A DNA stretch of 64,000 bases, taken from Rhina ancylostomus (lineage: Eukaryota). The notes below the pieces were generated by a model. The model was given only the letters and a program-made list of their open reading frames with translations. It made no database searches and was not told where the DNA came from. Location of the stretch: positions 21,458,486-21,522,485 of the forward strand of contig JARFYF010000057.1 of assembly GCA_030265395.1 (NCBI GenBank). Direction: 5' to 3'. The translations under genes were made by a program, and so were the position numbers. Of the stretch, positions 23,101 through 36,200 are shown piece after piece (within the stretch, counting starts at the first letter, position 1; every line of letters begins with the position of its first letter).

Positions 23101-25067
23101 TAAACTGGGATATCCATTTAGGGTGGGGCTGGATGTGGTTCAGATAATTTACAGAACAAATGTATTTGCCAGGAATAAAAATGTAAAATGCTGGGGATCT
23201 GAAATCACACTTGAATCCCAGACAAAGCAAGAGACGTAAAGGCAGCAGAAATGGAGCTTTTCCTGTCGGGAATTCATTGAGAGATCTGAGGGTTCAGATT
23301 TCATTCATGTTGTCTAAACATTGTTTTTGTTATTTGTGAATCTTCACCATCCTCTTAACAGGCAGCACCACCACTGGTGCCAGTCAATCTCTCCTGGTTC
23401 CCATCCCATCACACATCGTCCATTTGTTCTTTTTGCCCATCCTATTTTCTTTGCAATATAATTTTGCAACTGCCCCCCCCTCAAGAGTGTGTCCCATTTC
23501 CCAGATAAGTTATTTCCATGAAGCATTGGCTCCACTTCTCTGCATCACAGATGGTGCCTGACCGACTGTGCATTTCCAGCATTGTCTATTTTTATATTGG
23601 ATTTCCAGCATCAGCAGTACTTTGTATTTGGAAACTTGCCTAGTTATTGGATTGCTTCCATTTTGTTGGTGTTTTAAACCATGGCTGAATTTGGTGCTAA
23701 CAGCACACTGGGTCCCTTGCCATCCACTTTAAAATGAATGGTTTACCACCAGAACCGAGCTGAAACGTGGCCTGTGTAATTCGTGATGTGAACACGAGCT
23801 GGGGAAAATAGGAGAAGCATTAGGCAACCTGGCCCCCTAAAGCCTATCCTGCCATTCAGTGTTATTCTGGCTGATCTGGCTTCAACGTGTGCCAATTCCC
23901 TGAAACCCTCAGTTCCCTGATCTTTCTTTGCCTCACTCAATTTCGCGCAACTCCCAACACTTTGCAGTTTGGTGTTCAGAAAAGGCCACAGTGTATGACA
24001 GCATCACAGTTAGCTGCACCCACTTAAACCGCCACAGAAGAGAGAAAGCTGCAAGGAAAAGGGGAACTGCTCCTGCAGTGGTTCAAAATCACATGCATGG
24101 CTTGGTCAATGAGATGCATGTAAAATGGAAGATCTGTTGTATTGGGGGACTTAAGAGACTCATTTGGCTCAACATGAATGTATGAGATGTCTACAATTGT
24201 CTCCTCCTGAAGTTGGAATCCCCACACAATGCATGAATGCTGGAATAAGTTTCTTGACACTTCCCCAGATATGTCATGATGATCTGCAAACCAGTGGTTA
24301 CACTTGCAGGTTGCAGATCCTCACAAAAAAAACATTTTATGCAGAGGTCTGAGTTCTTGAAGTGAGCTGTTACACATTAGGAAATTCAGACTTTATGCAG
24401 CAATCTGTTCAGATAATTGGAACAGGGATTCTTGCATTTGTGTGTTGTGTTCATTGCAGATGGACCTGAAGGAGATGTTGCATCTTCTACGGATCTTCTG
24501 GCTGATTATTTATACTCGCTGTTGCTGTTTGTCATATGGAAAGGCTTGCACTAGGGAATTTTGTTTTGTAGCCCTTTTTTATGTAAATAGTCTTTCTGTC
24601 CCTGAGATCCCATGTGGCCAGTAGCTGTAGCTTTTGCTCAGCTGGCAGCGGAGTCTGGATACTGAGCAGAGGCATCCCCTGGTAGCTTCTTTCTTCCTCC
24701 AGCTCTTCAAACTCTACCCCATAGAACTTGGGCTCCAGATCTTCTTGCTGTTCTTCAGCACCAGGGACTGTCTGCACTTGCATACTACACAATCCAGCAA
24801 CAAATGGAGTCTCTGCAACTGTTTGGCATCGATGTCACCAGAAAGCATCATCTGGAGGATGCTGGTGATATTTTCCACCACTGGCCTGGTACCTGATTCT
24901 GAAGCTGCTGAGTCAGACCTCCCAGTATTAGTATCTTCTGTTTTAACTAGCGAGGAAAGCAATAAACCAATGCTGTGTGTCCCTTGTTTCACAATGGTCG
25001 TAGATTGCAGCTTCCTGTGTAAGTGGAAAATGACATTGCTTGAATAATGACATTTGGTGGAAAATGG

Positions 25068-25405
25068 CATAGAACATAGAGCTGTACAATGCAGGAACAA
25101 GCCCTTCAGCCCACTATATTGTGCCAAACTAAATTAATGAGAGTATGTCTAACTAAACTAATCCTTTCTGCCTACACAATATTCATATCCTCCATTCTCT
25201 GAACATTTATGTGCCCATCTAAGAGCTTCTTAAATGCCTCTGTCATATGTCTCTCCACTACCACCTCTGGCAGTGCATTCCAGGCACCCACCACTCCATG
25301 TAAGAAAACCTGCCCTGCACGTCTCTTTTGAACTTGCCCCCTCTCACCTTAAATGCATGCCCTCTAGAATAGGACACTTCAGCCCTGGGGAGAAAGATAC
25401 TAGCT
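25068..25405 (-). mobile_element. CR1 LINE 3' end
   Basis: CATAGAACATAGAGCTGTACAATGCAGGAACAAGCCCTTCAGCCC..GGCAGTGCATTCCAGGCACCCACCACTC..CTCACCTTAAA. Confidence 0.85.
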
Positions 25406-26404
25406 CACTAATATAATATAACATTAATAATATAAAGTCAAGCACACTAATGTGCAAGTGCTAGGTCCAGTTTTTTGTATCTGGCATGATTTTATCTGGA
25501 AATGATTTCCACTGCAATCTACTCTGATTAAATCTATTTATGAACATGTGCTTGGGAAGGGGAAGGTGGAAGGTACTGTCTGATCTGATTTCCAAATGAC
25601 TTTTTCCAACCTGTGCATTTTTATATTGCTCGCACTAGTTGAGAACATTGGTTTTCCAACTCTCCTTTAGCACAAAAGTGGTAGGTCTGCTTGGTCGACA
25701 GGTGGAAACGCTGACTGAAAGTGAAGCTGTTAATGGCAGACTGCCAGCTGTCCCTGCCGAGTTCTGCTTCCTGCTTTGGGTACTGGTGGGTGTACCTGTT
25801 TGGGGCAGTCCAGCTTTGGCTTGTAGCATAAGCATCTTGACCTCTTACTGCCATGGCGGTGGAACTGCAGGGACTGTACGGTACTGGAATCTCGGCATCC
25901 CAGAAGTGCTGTACTGCCATTTGCTCACTAGACTGCCAAAATATTCAAAGAATGTTCTCGTACATTAGAGAAACAGCTGTTGCTCCCCCTGGACTTTTGG
26001 CATAAGTGAGTTGACTTCTTTTAAAACTGAAATATTGTATCTTGACCAAAAACTGATTATATTCAGAAGTTGTTTTACATATCAGCTTAATGGTGGTAAA
26101 TCTATAAATTCTTAAGATCTATAGAGTAATTCTTCTTTGATTATCTTGACTGTGCTAAAGGGTCAGATCTATTGAGAAAATACTACAGGAGAATTTATTG
26201 CTGCTCCTGTCTCAGTTTACTGAACGCCTCAGGAGCTCAATATCTGGCCTGAATACTGGAGGGACTGAGCTGGAGGAGAATTTGCATATGCACGGTTCTG
26301 TTTTGGCTAATATATTGGGATTTTTGATGAAACTGATTCTTTCAGTAAGTTTGAGGTTGCCGTCTGCCCTTGGATAACTTATTTCAATTTTTGTTTTTGC
26401 TGGA

Positions 26405-26583
26405 GGACATAGATTTCAGGTGAGGAGGGAAAGGTTTAAAAGGGACCAGAGGGGCAGCTTCTTTATGTAGAGGGTAGTGTGTATATGGAACAAGCTGCCA
26501 GAGGAAGTAGTTGAGGCAGGTACAATAACAACATTGAAAAGACATTTGGATAAGTACATGTGTAGAAAAGGTTTAGAGGGACA
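26405..26583 (+). mobile_element. CR1 3' fragment
   Basis: AGGTGAGGAGGGAAAGGTTTAAAAGGGACC..GCTGCCAGAGGAAGTAGTTGAGGCAGGTACAATAACAAC, homologous to 16710-16880. Confidence 0.85.
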
Positions 26584-27419
26584 TTTGTTTTCATCATGTT
26601 GATTGTGTTGAAGCATGATTCTTGAATGTCTTATGACCATTATTTTAAGTGCAAGACAACTGCAGGTTTGCCAGGCAATGGAGAGATTGTGAAGATGACT
26701 TGGTTGGACTGACAACCTAAGCCTTGCATACTTGAATCCAATGATAACCTCTCTATTTCTTTTGAGTCTAACACTTGAGTACCGTCACAGTAATTGATGA
26801 GGAATCAGCACGCTTCAATACAAAGGAGTTGAGAGAGGAACTACTCTGTAGCTTTTTTCTTATCGCTGGAACTCGCAGCCCAGCTGTGGCATTGCTATTG
26901 CCCACTGTCGTCATCTTAGCTGAGGCCAGCTACTCAACATAAATTGAGATTCCAACCCTCTGATCACCAAATTTATGTTGATTACCAGATCTACAAAAGA
27001 AAAAGTGCTCTCATTGTGTTTTACTGTTTTGTCTCAACTTTATTCAGGATCATTGGGGACATGTTTAAAAATCAAAGTAGAATGAGAATTGCAATGAATA
27101 GACAGGAGCCAGGAGATCATGGAGATAGGAATTAGAAAACAAAATTTGAAAGCTTTCACTGTATATACTTGTTGCTTTAGCCAGAAACTCTACTGAAAAT
27201 ATAACCTCTCCTTCTTTGTGAACTGTATTTAAGTGTGACTTGTCAAGTGGCTTTAAGTCTCCACAAACTGATGGCTATCATAAATGAAACAAGTTGAGCA
27301 AAGTTTTTTGGTTCAGATCCCAGGGGACAGGGTTCAGCTTCAGCTGGAATATCACATTTCAAGTGAAGTTGTTTTCGAATACACCCACAGCTCGTACCAT
27401 TTGTTGAATAAGAAAAGCT

Positions 27420-27705
27420 ATGTGCTGTTGCTTCTCCGGTGACCCATGTTCGATCCTGACCTCCAGTGCTGTCTGTGTGAAGTTTTCACATTCTGCCTAT
27501 GACCTCATGGATTTTCCCCTGGTTATCCAGTTTCCTCCCACATCTCTAGGGTGTGCTGGTTGGTAGGTTAGTTGGCCACTGATGTGGAGGAGAGGCAAGC
27601 TGGGAGCTGATGGGCATGTGTGAGAGAAAAGATTGCAGGAAATGGCATTACATTAGGAGCTGGTTTTGACTCGATGGGCTGCATGGCTTCTAATACTGTG
27701 AGAAA
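27420..27705 (+). mobile_element. V-SINE (HE1-like)
   Basis: GTTCGATCCTGACCTCCAGTGCTGTCTGTGTG..CCAGTTTCCTCCCACATC. Confidence 0.8.
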
Positions 27706-28154
27706 ATGTGAGCATAAATGAGAAAAAGGCCTCCACTTGTATCGAGCTGTGCCATGTTTCTCAACCACCCCAAGGTGCTGCTTCAAGTGCAGTCATGTAA
27801 GCAAATGTTTCAACCATGTTTGCACAGCACAATCCTCCAAATAACATTGCTCCTAGGGAATAGTCGCTGCTGTTAGATCTCAGGTGTGCTGAGCTTTGGC
27901 TTCAAGCCCCATCATCGGGTAGATACCCAAGAGGGCAGCATTTAAGCATCAGCTGAAATTATGTATTCCAATTATAGAATCGAGCAAGGTTGTAACCTCT
28001 TGATCAAAGCCAAGAATCCTACCAACTTAACTGAGCTCCCACTGTATTAGAACAAGAGACTGAAGGATTGCAGAGCACAATAAATATCCAGGTCCACTGG
28101 AAGTGGGACTTCTTGAACAGACAATTCAGTTATAAAGCTCTGATAATCAAAATA

Positions 28155-28700
28155 CAATCTGCAGATGTTGGAAATCTAAAACAAAAATTGAAAATGCAGG
28201 AAATATTCAGCCAGTCAGCATGCATCTGCGGGGAGAGAAGCAGAATCAACATTTCAGGCCGGAGATCCTTTGGAACTGAAAAGGAGACTAAAGGAGTTTG
28301 TAAAGCTGCGGGTGGGGAGATGGGTATCTCTGATAGCATCAAACTGGGGAGATTGTCGAGATAAGTTGTAAAAAGAAAGCTTATCTGGCCAATGAATGAA
28401 AGGGAGCAGTTGGGAGTGAAACCGAGGTGATAAGAATGTGGGGGTTGTGAAATGCAGAGTAGGACGAGCCCGGCAGGGCAGGCTGGGCATGTCCCCCAAT
28501 CCTGGGGGCAGGGGAAACAAGCTGAGCTAATATTACAGATGGATGAATGATACAAACTGTTGCAGAGTTCAATATCGATTCAGAAGGCTGCAATGTGCCC
28601 AAATTGAAAATGAGGTGCTATTCCCTGAGTTTGCGTTGGGCTTCACTCTGACAGTACAGGAGGCCACAGACCTTTAACTGCTCCCATTCATTTGCTGACC
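28155..28700 (-). mobile_element. Penelope-like element fragment
   Basis: Terminal motif TGCAGATGTTGGAAATCTAAAAC..GCATGCATCTG and a reverse GIY-YIG ORF C-terminus (HLIF.LGTLQP) at about 28560-28620. Confidence 0.75.
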
Positions 28701-29784
28701 AGNNNNNNNNNNNNNNNNNNNNNNNNNNNNNNNNNNNNNNNNNNNNNNNNNNNNNNNNNNNNNNNNNNNNNNNNNNNNNNNNNNNNNNNNNNNNNNNNNN
28801 NNNNNNNNNNNNNNNNNNNNNNNNNNNNNNNNNNNNNNNNNNNNNNNNNNNNNNNNNNNNNNNNNNNNNNNNNNNNNNNNNNNNNNNNNNNNNNNNNNNN
28901 NNNNNNNNNNNNNNNNNNNNNNNNNNNNNNNNNNNNNNNNNNNNNNNNNNNNNNNNNNNNNNNNNNNNNNNNNNNNNNNNNNNNNNNNNNNNNNNNNNNN
29001 NNNNNNNNNNNNNNNNNNNNNNNNNNNNNNNNNNNNNNNNNNNNNNNNNNNNNNNNNNNNNNNNNNNNNNNNNNNNNNNNNNNNNNNNNNNNNNAGCATG
29101 AAATCCATGTGCTGGACAACAAGGCATTAATGGAGCCAAATTGAGGGCCAGAACTCAGAACCATGACACTTTCGGGATCTCATTTTGCTGGATGGATTGG
29201 ATATTCTCTGTCAATGTTGGGAAGGGACCATGTGTGCTTCAAGTCTGGCAGATGCAAAGTGGTGACTGCTTTTTATCACCAGAAAAAAAAGTCACCAAAG
29301 TAAGCAGCTTGTGAGAGGTAGTTTACTCACCACACTCTGAGTAAGTGCATAGCATCTACCTTCAGAGAATACGTGAGAAGGCAGATGAGATTTTGTTGAG
29401 GCTCATTGTTTGCAGAGCTTGTTAGGGTAAGCTTCTATGAAGCCCACACTCTGAATAAATCCTTTTGGGGAAAGCTGCCAGAAAGGGGAGAGAAAATGGC
29501 TACCAGGTGTTCAAAAATAAAATGCTGCAGATGGTGGAATTCTGGAATAAAAACAAAATGCTGGAAATACCCAGCAACTCAGGCAGCATCTGCAGAGAGA
29601 GAGAAACATGATTAATATTTTAAGTTACTAACCTTCCATCAGAAGAAATGGTATGGTCATTGACATGAAATGTTTATGATCAAAAATTTATTTTTGCTTT
29701 TACCTTAAATTTCATTGTACAGGAAGAGGTTGATACAACTTCTGTGCATGTTGCTGAAAGGAACTAGTTAAGTAAATAAGTGAC

Positions 29785-30110
29785 AAAAAGTGGTGCAACT
29801 GGTAGATCTGCTGCCTCTCAACACCGGAGCCCTGACTTTGGGTGCTGTCTGTTTGAAGTTTGCACATCCTCCCTGTGACTCTGTGGATTTCCTCCGGGGG
29901 CTCCAGTTTCCTCCCACATCCCATAGATGCGAAGATTGGTAGGCGAACTGGCTGCTATAAATTATTCCGAGTGTGTAGGTGAGTGGTAGAATCTTGGGAG
30001 TTGAAGTGCATGTGGGGGAAATTAAAAGATTCTTGTAGGATGAGTGTAAAATAGTAGCTGATGGTCAGTGTGGACTTGATGGACTGTTTCTGTGCTGTAC
30101 CTCTTGATGT
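29785..30110 (+). mobile_element. V-SINE (HE1-like)
   Basis: GCTGCCTCTCA..GGTGCTGTCTG..TGGATTTCCTCCGGGGGCTCCAGTTTCCTCCCACATCCC..TGTTTCTGTGCTGTA. Confidence 0.8.
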
Positions 30111-30439
30111 CATGGCAGGCTGTGATGAGGTAGTTACAGTGGGAAGATGTGATGGGTTTATACACCAAAGGAGCAACACTTGCATGTATCTGAGCTGTAC
30201 ATTCTCCGCCTGTTGTTAACATCTTCTTGCAACATAACACAGCACAGCATTGTTTCTTTACAGCTGAAAGTCGATAACATCCATCTGATTCAACTGTCAA
30301 CATTTTGTCAGTAAATTTTTTTTTTGTGTATTTCTTGAACCTGGTGTTTGATATTAACCACTGCTAACTATCAACCCAAGGCATTTTGTTGATAACTGGG
30401 CTTTATTGTAAGGCAAGGACACTACAGTACCTTGACCAA

Positions 30440-30780
30440 AGAAAGAAGTGTTTGTATAATACCCTCCTCATCTCTCTTTTGGACATTTCAAAACACCTGG
30501 ACACCACAAGGCACTTTCTTGTAAAATTGTTGTCACTGTTACTTTGTGGGATACATGCCAAGTAACTTGTGCACAGCAAGTTCCCAAAGACTTGATGGTG
30601 ATATGATAACCTGATTTATTTTTGAAATATTAAAAAGTAAATATTGACCAGGGCCTGGGATTAAAATCCCATTTCCAGTTCTTTTTGAAATGTCATGGGA
30701 TCTTTTATGCCCACAATAGAAAGCAGATAGGGCCTTGGTTTAAAGCCTCAATTTGAAAGATGGCACCTTCTGAGTGTAGA
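30440..30780 (-). mobile_element. DeuSINE (SacSINE1-like)
   Basis: Reverse Deu core TAAATATTGACCAGG..CATGGGATCTTTTATGCCCAC..GGGCCTTGGTTTAA..GAAAGATGGCACCT. Confidence 0.75.
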
Positions 30781-30789
30781 GCTCCAGGA

Positions 30790-31250
30790 GAGGTCAAAGA
30801 GCAAACTGGAGGGACTGCACCTCATTTTATCTCTTAGAATATTGCAGCCTAACAGCATGACCATTGAATTCTCCCACTTTAAATNNNNNNNNNNNNNNNN
30901 NNNNNNNNNNNNNNNNNNNNNNNNNNNNNNNNNNNNNNNNNNNNNNNNNNNNNNNNNNNNNNNNNNNNNNNNNNNNNNNNNNNNNNNNNNNNNNNNNNNN
31001 NNNNNNNNNNNNNNNNNNNNNNNNNNNNNNNNNNNNNNNNNNNNNNNNNNNNNNNNNNNNNNNNNNNNNNNNNNCTTTCTTCCCTCCCCATGTTGGGCTT
31101 CTCCTTTTCCTATTTTCAGTTCTGAAGGGTCCTGACCTGAAACATTGACTGCCTGCTTTTTTCCACGGATGCTGCCTGGCCTGCTGAGTTCCTCCAGCAT
31201 CATGTTTTTAATCTAGATATTCCAGCATTTGCAGTCCTTTGCTTCTCTGC
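30790..31250 (+). mobile_element. Penelope-like fragment spanning a gap
   Basis: AAACTGGAGGGACTGCACCTCATTTT..TTGCAGCCTAACAGCATGACCATTGAATTCTCCCACTTT, then terminal GGATGCTGCCTGGCCTGCTGAGTTCCTCCAGCATC. Confidence 0.75.
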
Positions 31251-32869
31251 TTCATTAATACCCTGATTTTTTTTTTAAAAGAGCCTTAAATGTCTTGACT
31301 GGTACATGGCTACAAACCTTGCTGACTTGCTGATCAGCAAACTCATGGCAAGCATAGTCAAAAGATCATCTGAACTTCATGGAAGAACATTCCTATGGGA
31401 CTATTGCAAAGAAAAGTTCAAGCTTGAGCTTGTTCTTTTACTACAGTTTCATTACTGATTAACTCTAGCAAAAAAAAGAGCTGAGCAAGTTTTATTGTCA
31501 TTTTGAATGATGCAAGTAGGTAATAAATCCTAAAACTTCAATTAGCCTTTAATGTTTTGTTCATTCCCCAAACATGAAGTAACATAGCTTTGAAGGAGAA
31601 CTGTCTCCTACTTTAATGTCTGTCAATGAGCAATACTTGTACAACTACACCACACGAGGTCATTTATAGCTATTCTGTGCAAAGAGCCTATTGTTTGTAG
31701 AATGTGCAAAATAAAATTGCATCTTCAGAGATATCAATGTTAATTTCTGTTGATATTGTTACAGGATCATTAATTATGGAGTAAGACCGGTGCCTTGTTT
31801 ACTTGAGTGAGCAGTGTCAGACTCCAGTTACCGCAAACTGCAGGCATGGTTGACTGAGGTGGTGCCGCAGAGTTTCAGCAGATTGATTTCTGGGATAAAG
31901 AGTTCTGTCACTTCTTTGTAGAGCTGTTGAGCAGGTTGTGCCTAAGCTCTGAAGTNNNNNNNNNNNNNNNNNNNNNNNNNNNNGCATGATTAAGGATTTG
32001 AGCAATTGATGGACTGAGGTTGTCTTGTGACCTAGAATATAACAAACAAGGAGTAGGCCATCTAGCCCTTGGAGTGTGCTCTGCCATTCATGTGTCCTTT
32101 AAAGTAAACACGTGATTCCTGGAACATCACTGAAGAGCAATAGTCCATGGGGTCAGTTCATGTAGGTCATTTAAAACTGAGATGAGGCCTTTCTTCTCCC
32201 AGAATAGTTTTGGAATTCTCTGCCATGGAGAACTATGCGTGTAATAGGGCTTAAAAATTTTCAGTTTTTGTGCTTGGTTCAGTTTGAGGGTTTTTTGGTC
32301 CTTAACTTAGTGGTGTTTGGGGATTTACATTTGTTAAAATAACTTCAGTTTAAGTTCAGTCCATGACTTTTGATCTCTATGAAGTGCAATTAAATGCAAA
32401 TATAGATCAGTTTAGACTTCGCTGTAATTCATTTTCTTTTGTGTAATTGCATAATCTTTATTGTCTTCTGTCCTGTTTCCATCGACACTTTTATTCTTCT
32501 CACTTGACAACAATACTGACCAGCATATAACAAAAATGGGATTAGTCAGCGACCTGTGAGCACTTTAAAAGCCTTTTGCACCATTCTTAAAGTGAAAGGA
32601 ATGAAAAATATGAACTTGACATGGTTGACATTTATTACTGGCAAGAAATAAACTAATTTCCAAGTAGGTGTTTGGGGTTATTTCTGGTCTATCGGTGAAA
32701 ACTGAATTTGAATGCCAAGTATAAACAAGACTGAGGTACGCTTTTAGGTGATTGGGTCTAGGATTCAAGGGATGGAGAGGAAGGTGATCTTGAAGCTACC
32801 ATAATGTTGAACAATGGAGGCTTGAAGGACTTTGCAGCTTACTCCTGTTCTTATATTTCCTATTGTTTA

Positions 32870-33200
32870 TGGGTGCACAGACGAGACTCTTCTCTGGCCC
32901 AGACCCCAGCCAGATTCATGAGTCAGCTGGTCTCTGTTAGAGCAGTTAGTGTGTTAATTAAGCCCTAGTCTCATTGGGTTAGGGTAGACTTGATTGTTGA
33001 TCAGTAGCTGCTTTAGGCCCTCTGTTAATGTGTTGAGTTGAGATTGAGGATAAGGCTGCATTTAGCTGTTGTTATTTTCCTGTAGTTGAGTATTCAATAT
33101 AGAGAGGTTGCATTAGAGGGGTATCAAGGGGCTAATTTAGCCCATGAGATTGTGTTGATGCATGAGCTGCCTCTCTTGGGGGACATGAGGTCATACATTA
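32870..33200 (+). mobile_element. LF-SINE-like relic
   Basis: ACAGAC..CATGAGTCAGCTGGTCTC..GGGTTAGGG..GAGGATAAGG..GCCCATGAG..GCATGAG is colinear with the remembered LF-SINE consensus. Confidence 0.5.
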
Positions 33201-36200
33201 GGGTTGGGGAAAAGTGAATAGATATTCATATTCTGCTTTCTCATCAAGCTCTTGACAGTATAAAATCTGCTCTGAAGCCTACTTCAATTTGAATTTTCGC
33301 TCATTTGAAATGTGTAAATATAGCCCACGTTAACCAAATCTACTCATTAAGATGGGTAGCCAGCCTATTTGCATGAAATTTTACTTTCCAAGTTGACATT
33401 TGGTTTATTGATCTGATCAAAAATTCCTCTCTACTGTCAAAATAATTGGATGGCTCACTTTGTAATTTGAGTAATAACTAAAAGAACATTATTGTGGTTT
33501 AAGATGCTTTGGCAATTGAACGTGTACTGCCACTCATGGGAGTCTGGTCCTTGATTATTTCCATTGCATAAATTCAAAACCCAGTTGAATTGAAAGACTG
33601 CATTGTGGGACTGTTTACCTCTTGCCCGCTCAATTAGCTTTTAAGTAACAAGTGCATTACAACTGTAGATGTTGTTAATGAGGATGGAAGGTGAAATGGG
33701 TTAGCACCTGAGTTCTTTGGTTGAACCTGGTCCTTTGGAGTGTTAACCACCAGAGCAGAATTGGTTTGGGCTCTAGCCAATATCAGTGGACATGAATTGA
33801 CATTGTTTCATTTGGGCAAGCCTGTTTGGAATATTTGAAGCTGGCTGGACAGAACACAAAAGCATCTTGCAAGTCTTAGTTTGAGCATACTGACCACCGA
33901 AATATGGTGCATCTTTGCACACTGCAATCCCATGAATACCAATGCACAGAATAATGGGTTGTTTTTGGAGATGTTGCCTAATATATAGGGAGGCATCTAT
34001 TTTCAGAGGATTTTTCAACTTGTACTGGAGCCTTGAGGACCACCTGAGTAATTCTTAGTTTGAAACCTGAAAGCAGGAATGTCCTTTAATATGATAGAAA
34101 ATGGGATTAAGAGATCAGAAATTTGAGTGGAGCTCCAAACTGCAAGTCAAAGTGAGGCTGATGGTTGGTGGGAGAAGGAGAATCATCAGACCAGTCATTG
34201 GGATGCAGAAAGATCTCGATTTAAAAATTACATTTTTGCTATAGCATTTGAAGGGTGATTGGCTTTCCTGCTCCAATTCCACTTGTTGACAGAAGATGAT
34301 AACTGTGGAAAATCCTTAGAATATCCTTCAGTATGGACACAAAATAAAATGACCTCCTGTAGGGTCTTTGGGGAGGGATGGATGATAATGGATGGTTTCC
34401 CAAATGTAGAGGAATATTCTGATTTCCACAAGTGTTCATTCTTGTTTTCTGGTTGGGTAGCAACAAGCAAGTACAAAGTACAAGCTTTGTTTCTTAGCAC
34501 TTGTGGTCATGTTTGGAAAATACATTTGTGCTAAATTCTCTATTTGTGTCTACTGCCCTTCCCCAAACTCTTTAATTGCAAGCTAGCCTCCAGTAGGAAC
34601 ACTGTTTCCAGCATCATTTGTGAAAACCACTTGGTGACAAAAAGCAAAACTTTATTTATAGGCCTGAAAGTACATGATGTACTGTTGATGTCGAATCTGA
34701 TGTTTAATGTATACTGTACATGTTGTTTTCCATTACTCTGCTGGCAAGTACAATGCTGCACCACTGTGTCTGCATCTGGTGCAGTTATTCTCCAGGCGTT
34801 GTGTCAGCACCTGGTGCTCTATCTGGGTTCAGTCTCGATAAGTCACTGTCAATAAAGGTATCACATCAAAATGAACTTTAATAATTTAAGGTCCTAGCAG
34901 TGTAAGTAAGTGTATGAAAAGAGGGACTATCAAGGTTTGGAGATTAACAAGGCTGACCACTAACATCAGAGGGTGCAAGCTGAGAAGAAAAAGGGCTTTC
35001 TGGATTGGAAAGGATTTAACTGTGGTTACCCATAGCAACACTTAAAGTGGGGTATATGTATACTTGAGATTTAATTCTGATGTTAAGCAAGTGAATTAGT
35101 TCTAAGCTAATGAAAGGCAAACTTTGTTCTTGCGAAGTTCTTCCTACAAAGGATAACTTTACTGAAATGCACAGCTAGCTGTGGTCACGAGTACAAAAGC
35201 CTAGGAATCATTTACAGACTGATTAGATATAGTGATGATAGTGTGTGGATGTTGATTATTTCTTATTGGTTGCTCATATCTTTACTGATCGAGCAGATAT
35301 TGGTATTGAGTAACCACGTGGTAATCTGACTGGTTTGGGCCATTCTTTCACTTTTCAAAGAAATTGCTGATTAAGTCGGTCCCTGATGACGATAATCTGT
35401 ATTTGATCACACCTCCCTTTTGAGGGTTTCCTTCCCTGCTTTTCCACCCCGACAATATTCCTCCTTTGGGAGAGTGGCTGTAAAGGTGCCAATATCGTGA
35501 CCATTATTTATACATCTTGATTAGATTATTTCACCGTGGGGTAGTTCACTGAATTCTGATAATAAAAATGGGAGCTGAGGCCAATTTAGGTTTGTACTGA
35601 CTTCTCTACAAGCAATATTTGTCAAAATGTGATAAGTTTTCTGGTCCTTTTTGGGAATTCCCCAGATGGCAATGGCTGAACATAGAATGAAAGCAGACTG
35701 AGTGATCTGATGAGTGTGTTCTGCCAGTCAGTGAGGGTGTGGCTGATTGTGACCTAATTCCACACACCACCGTATTTCATCTATTTTTGTTTGCTAACAA
35801 AAATATAACCATCTCAGATCCAAGGTTAACAGTTGACTTGGCATCAATTACTATTTGTGGTACTGGGTTCTATTTCTTCAACCTTGTACATGTAGAAATG
35901 TTTTCACAATTGTAAAGCCTTGTTCTGATTTTTAGACCATGCCTTAACCCAACCAGTGCACGCTCATCCAGAAAGTGACTAAAAGTACCAGGTTTGTTTC
36001 TGGGTCTGCTAATGCATTTTAAAAAGGATAGAGAAATGATTCCGGGTGTCAGGGTTCTTGCTCTTGTTCATGATGTGTGCAGCACTGGGTGGGTGTTGAG
36101 GGAGTGCACGTCTCCAAACTAAGTCGCCGGCCTAAATTCACTGTGGAATGGGCCTTGTATCAAAGGATTTAAAATGCTAGTGGGACAATGCTTTAGTAAC

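Noticed and set aside
28618-29164. Long ORFs of 144-173 aa
   Set aside because: Artefacts of translating through N runs; the same applies at 11.7, 30.8, 45.4 and 61.1 kb.
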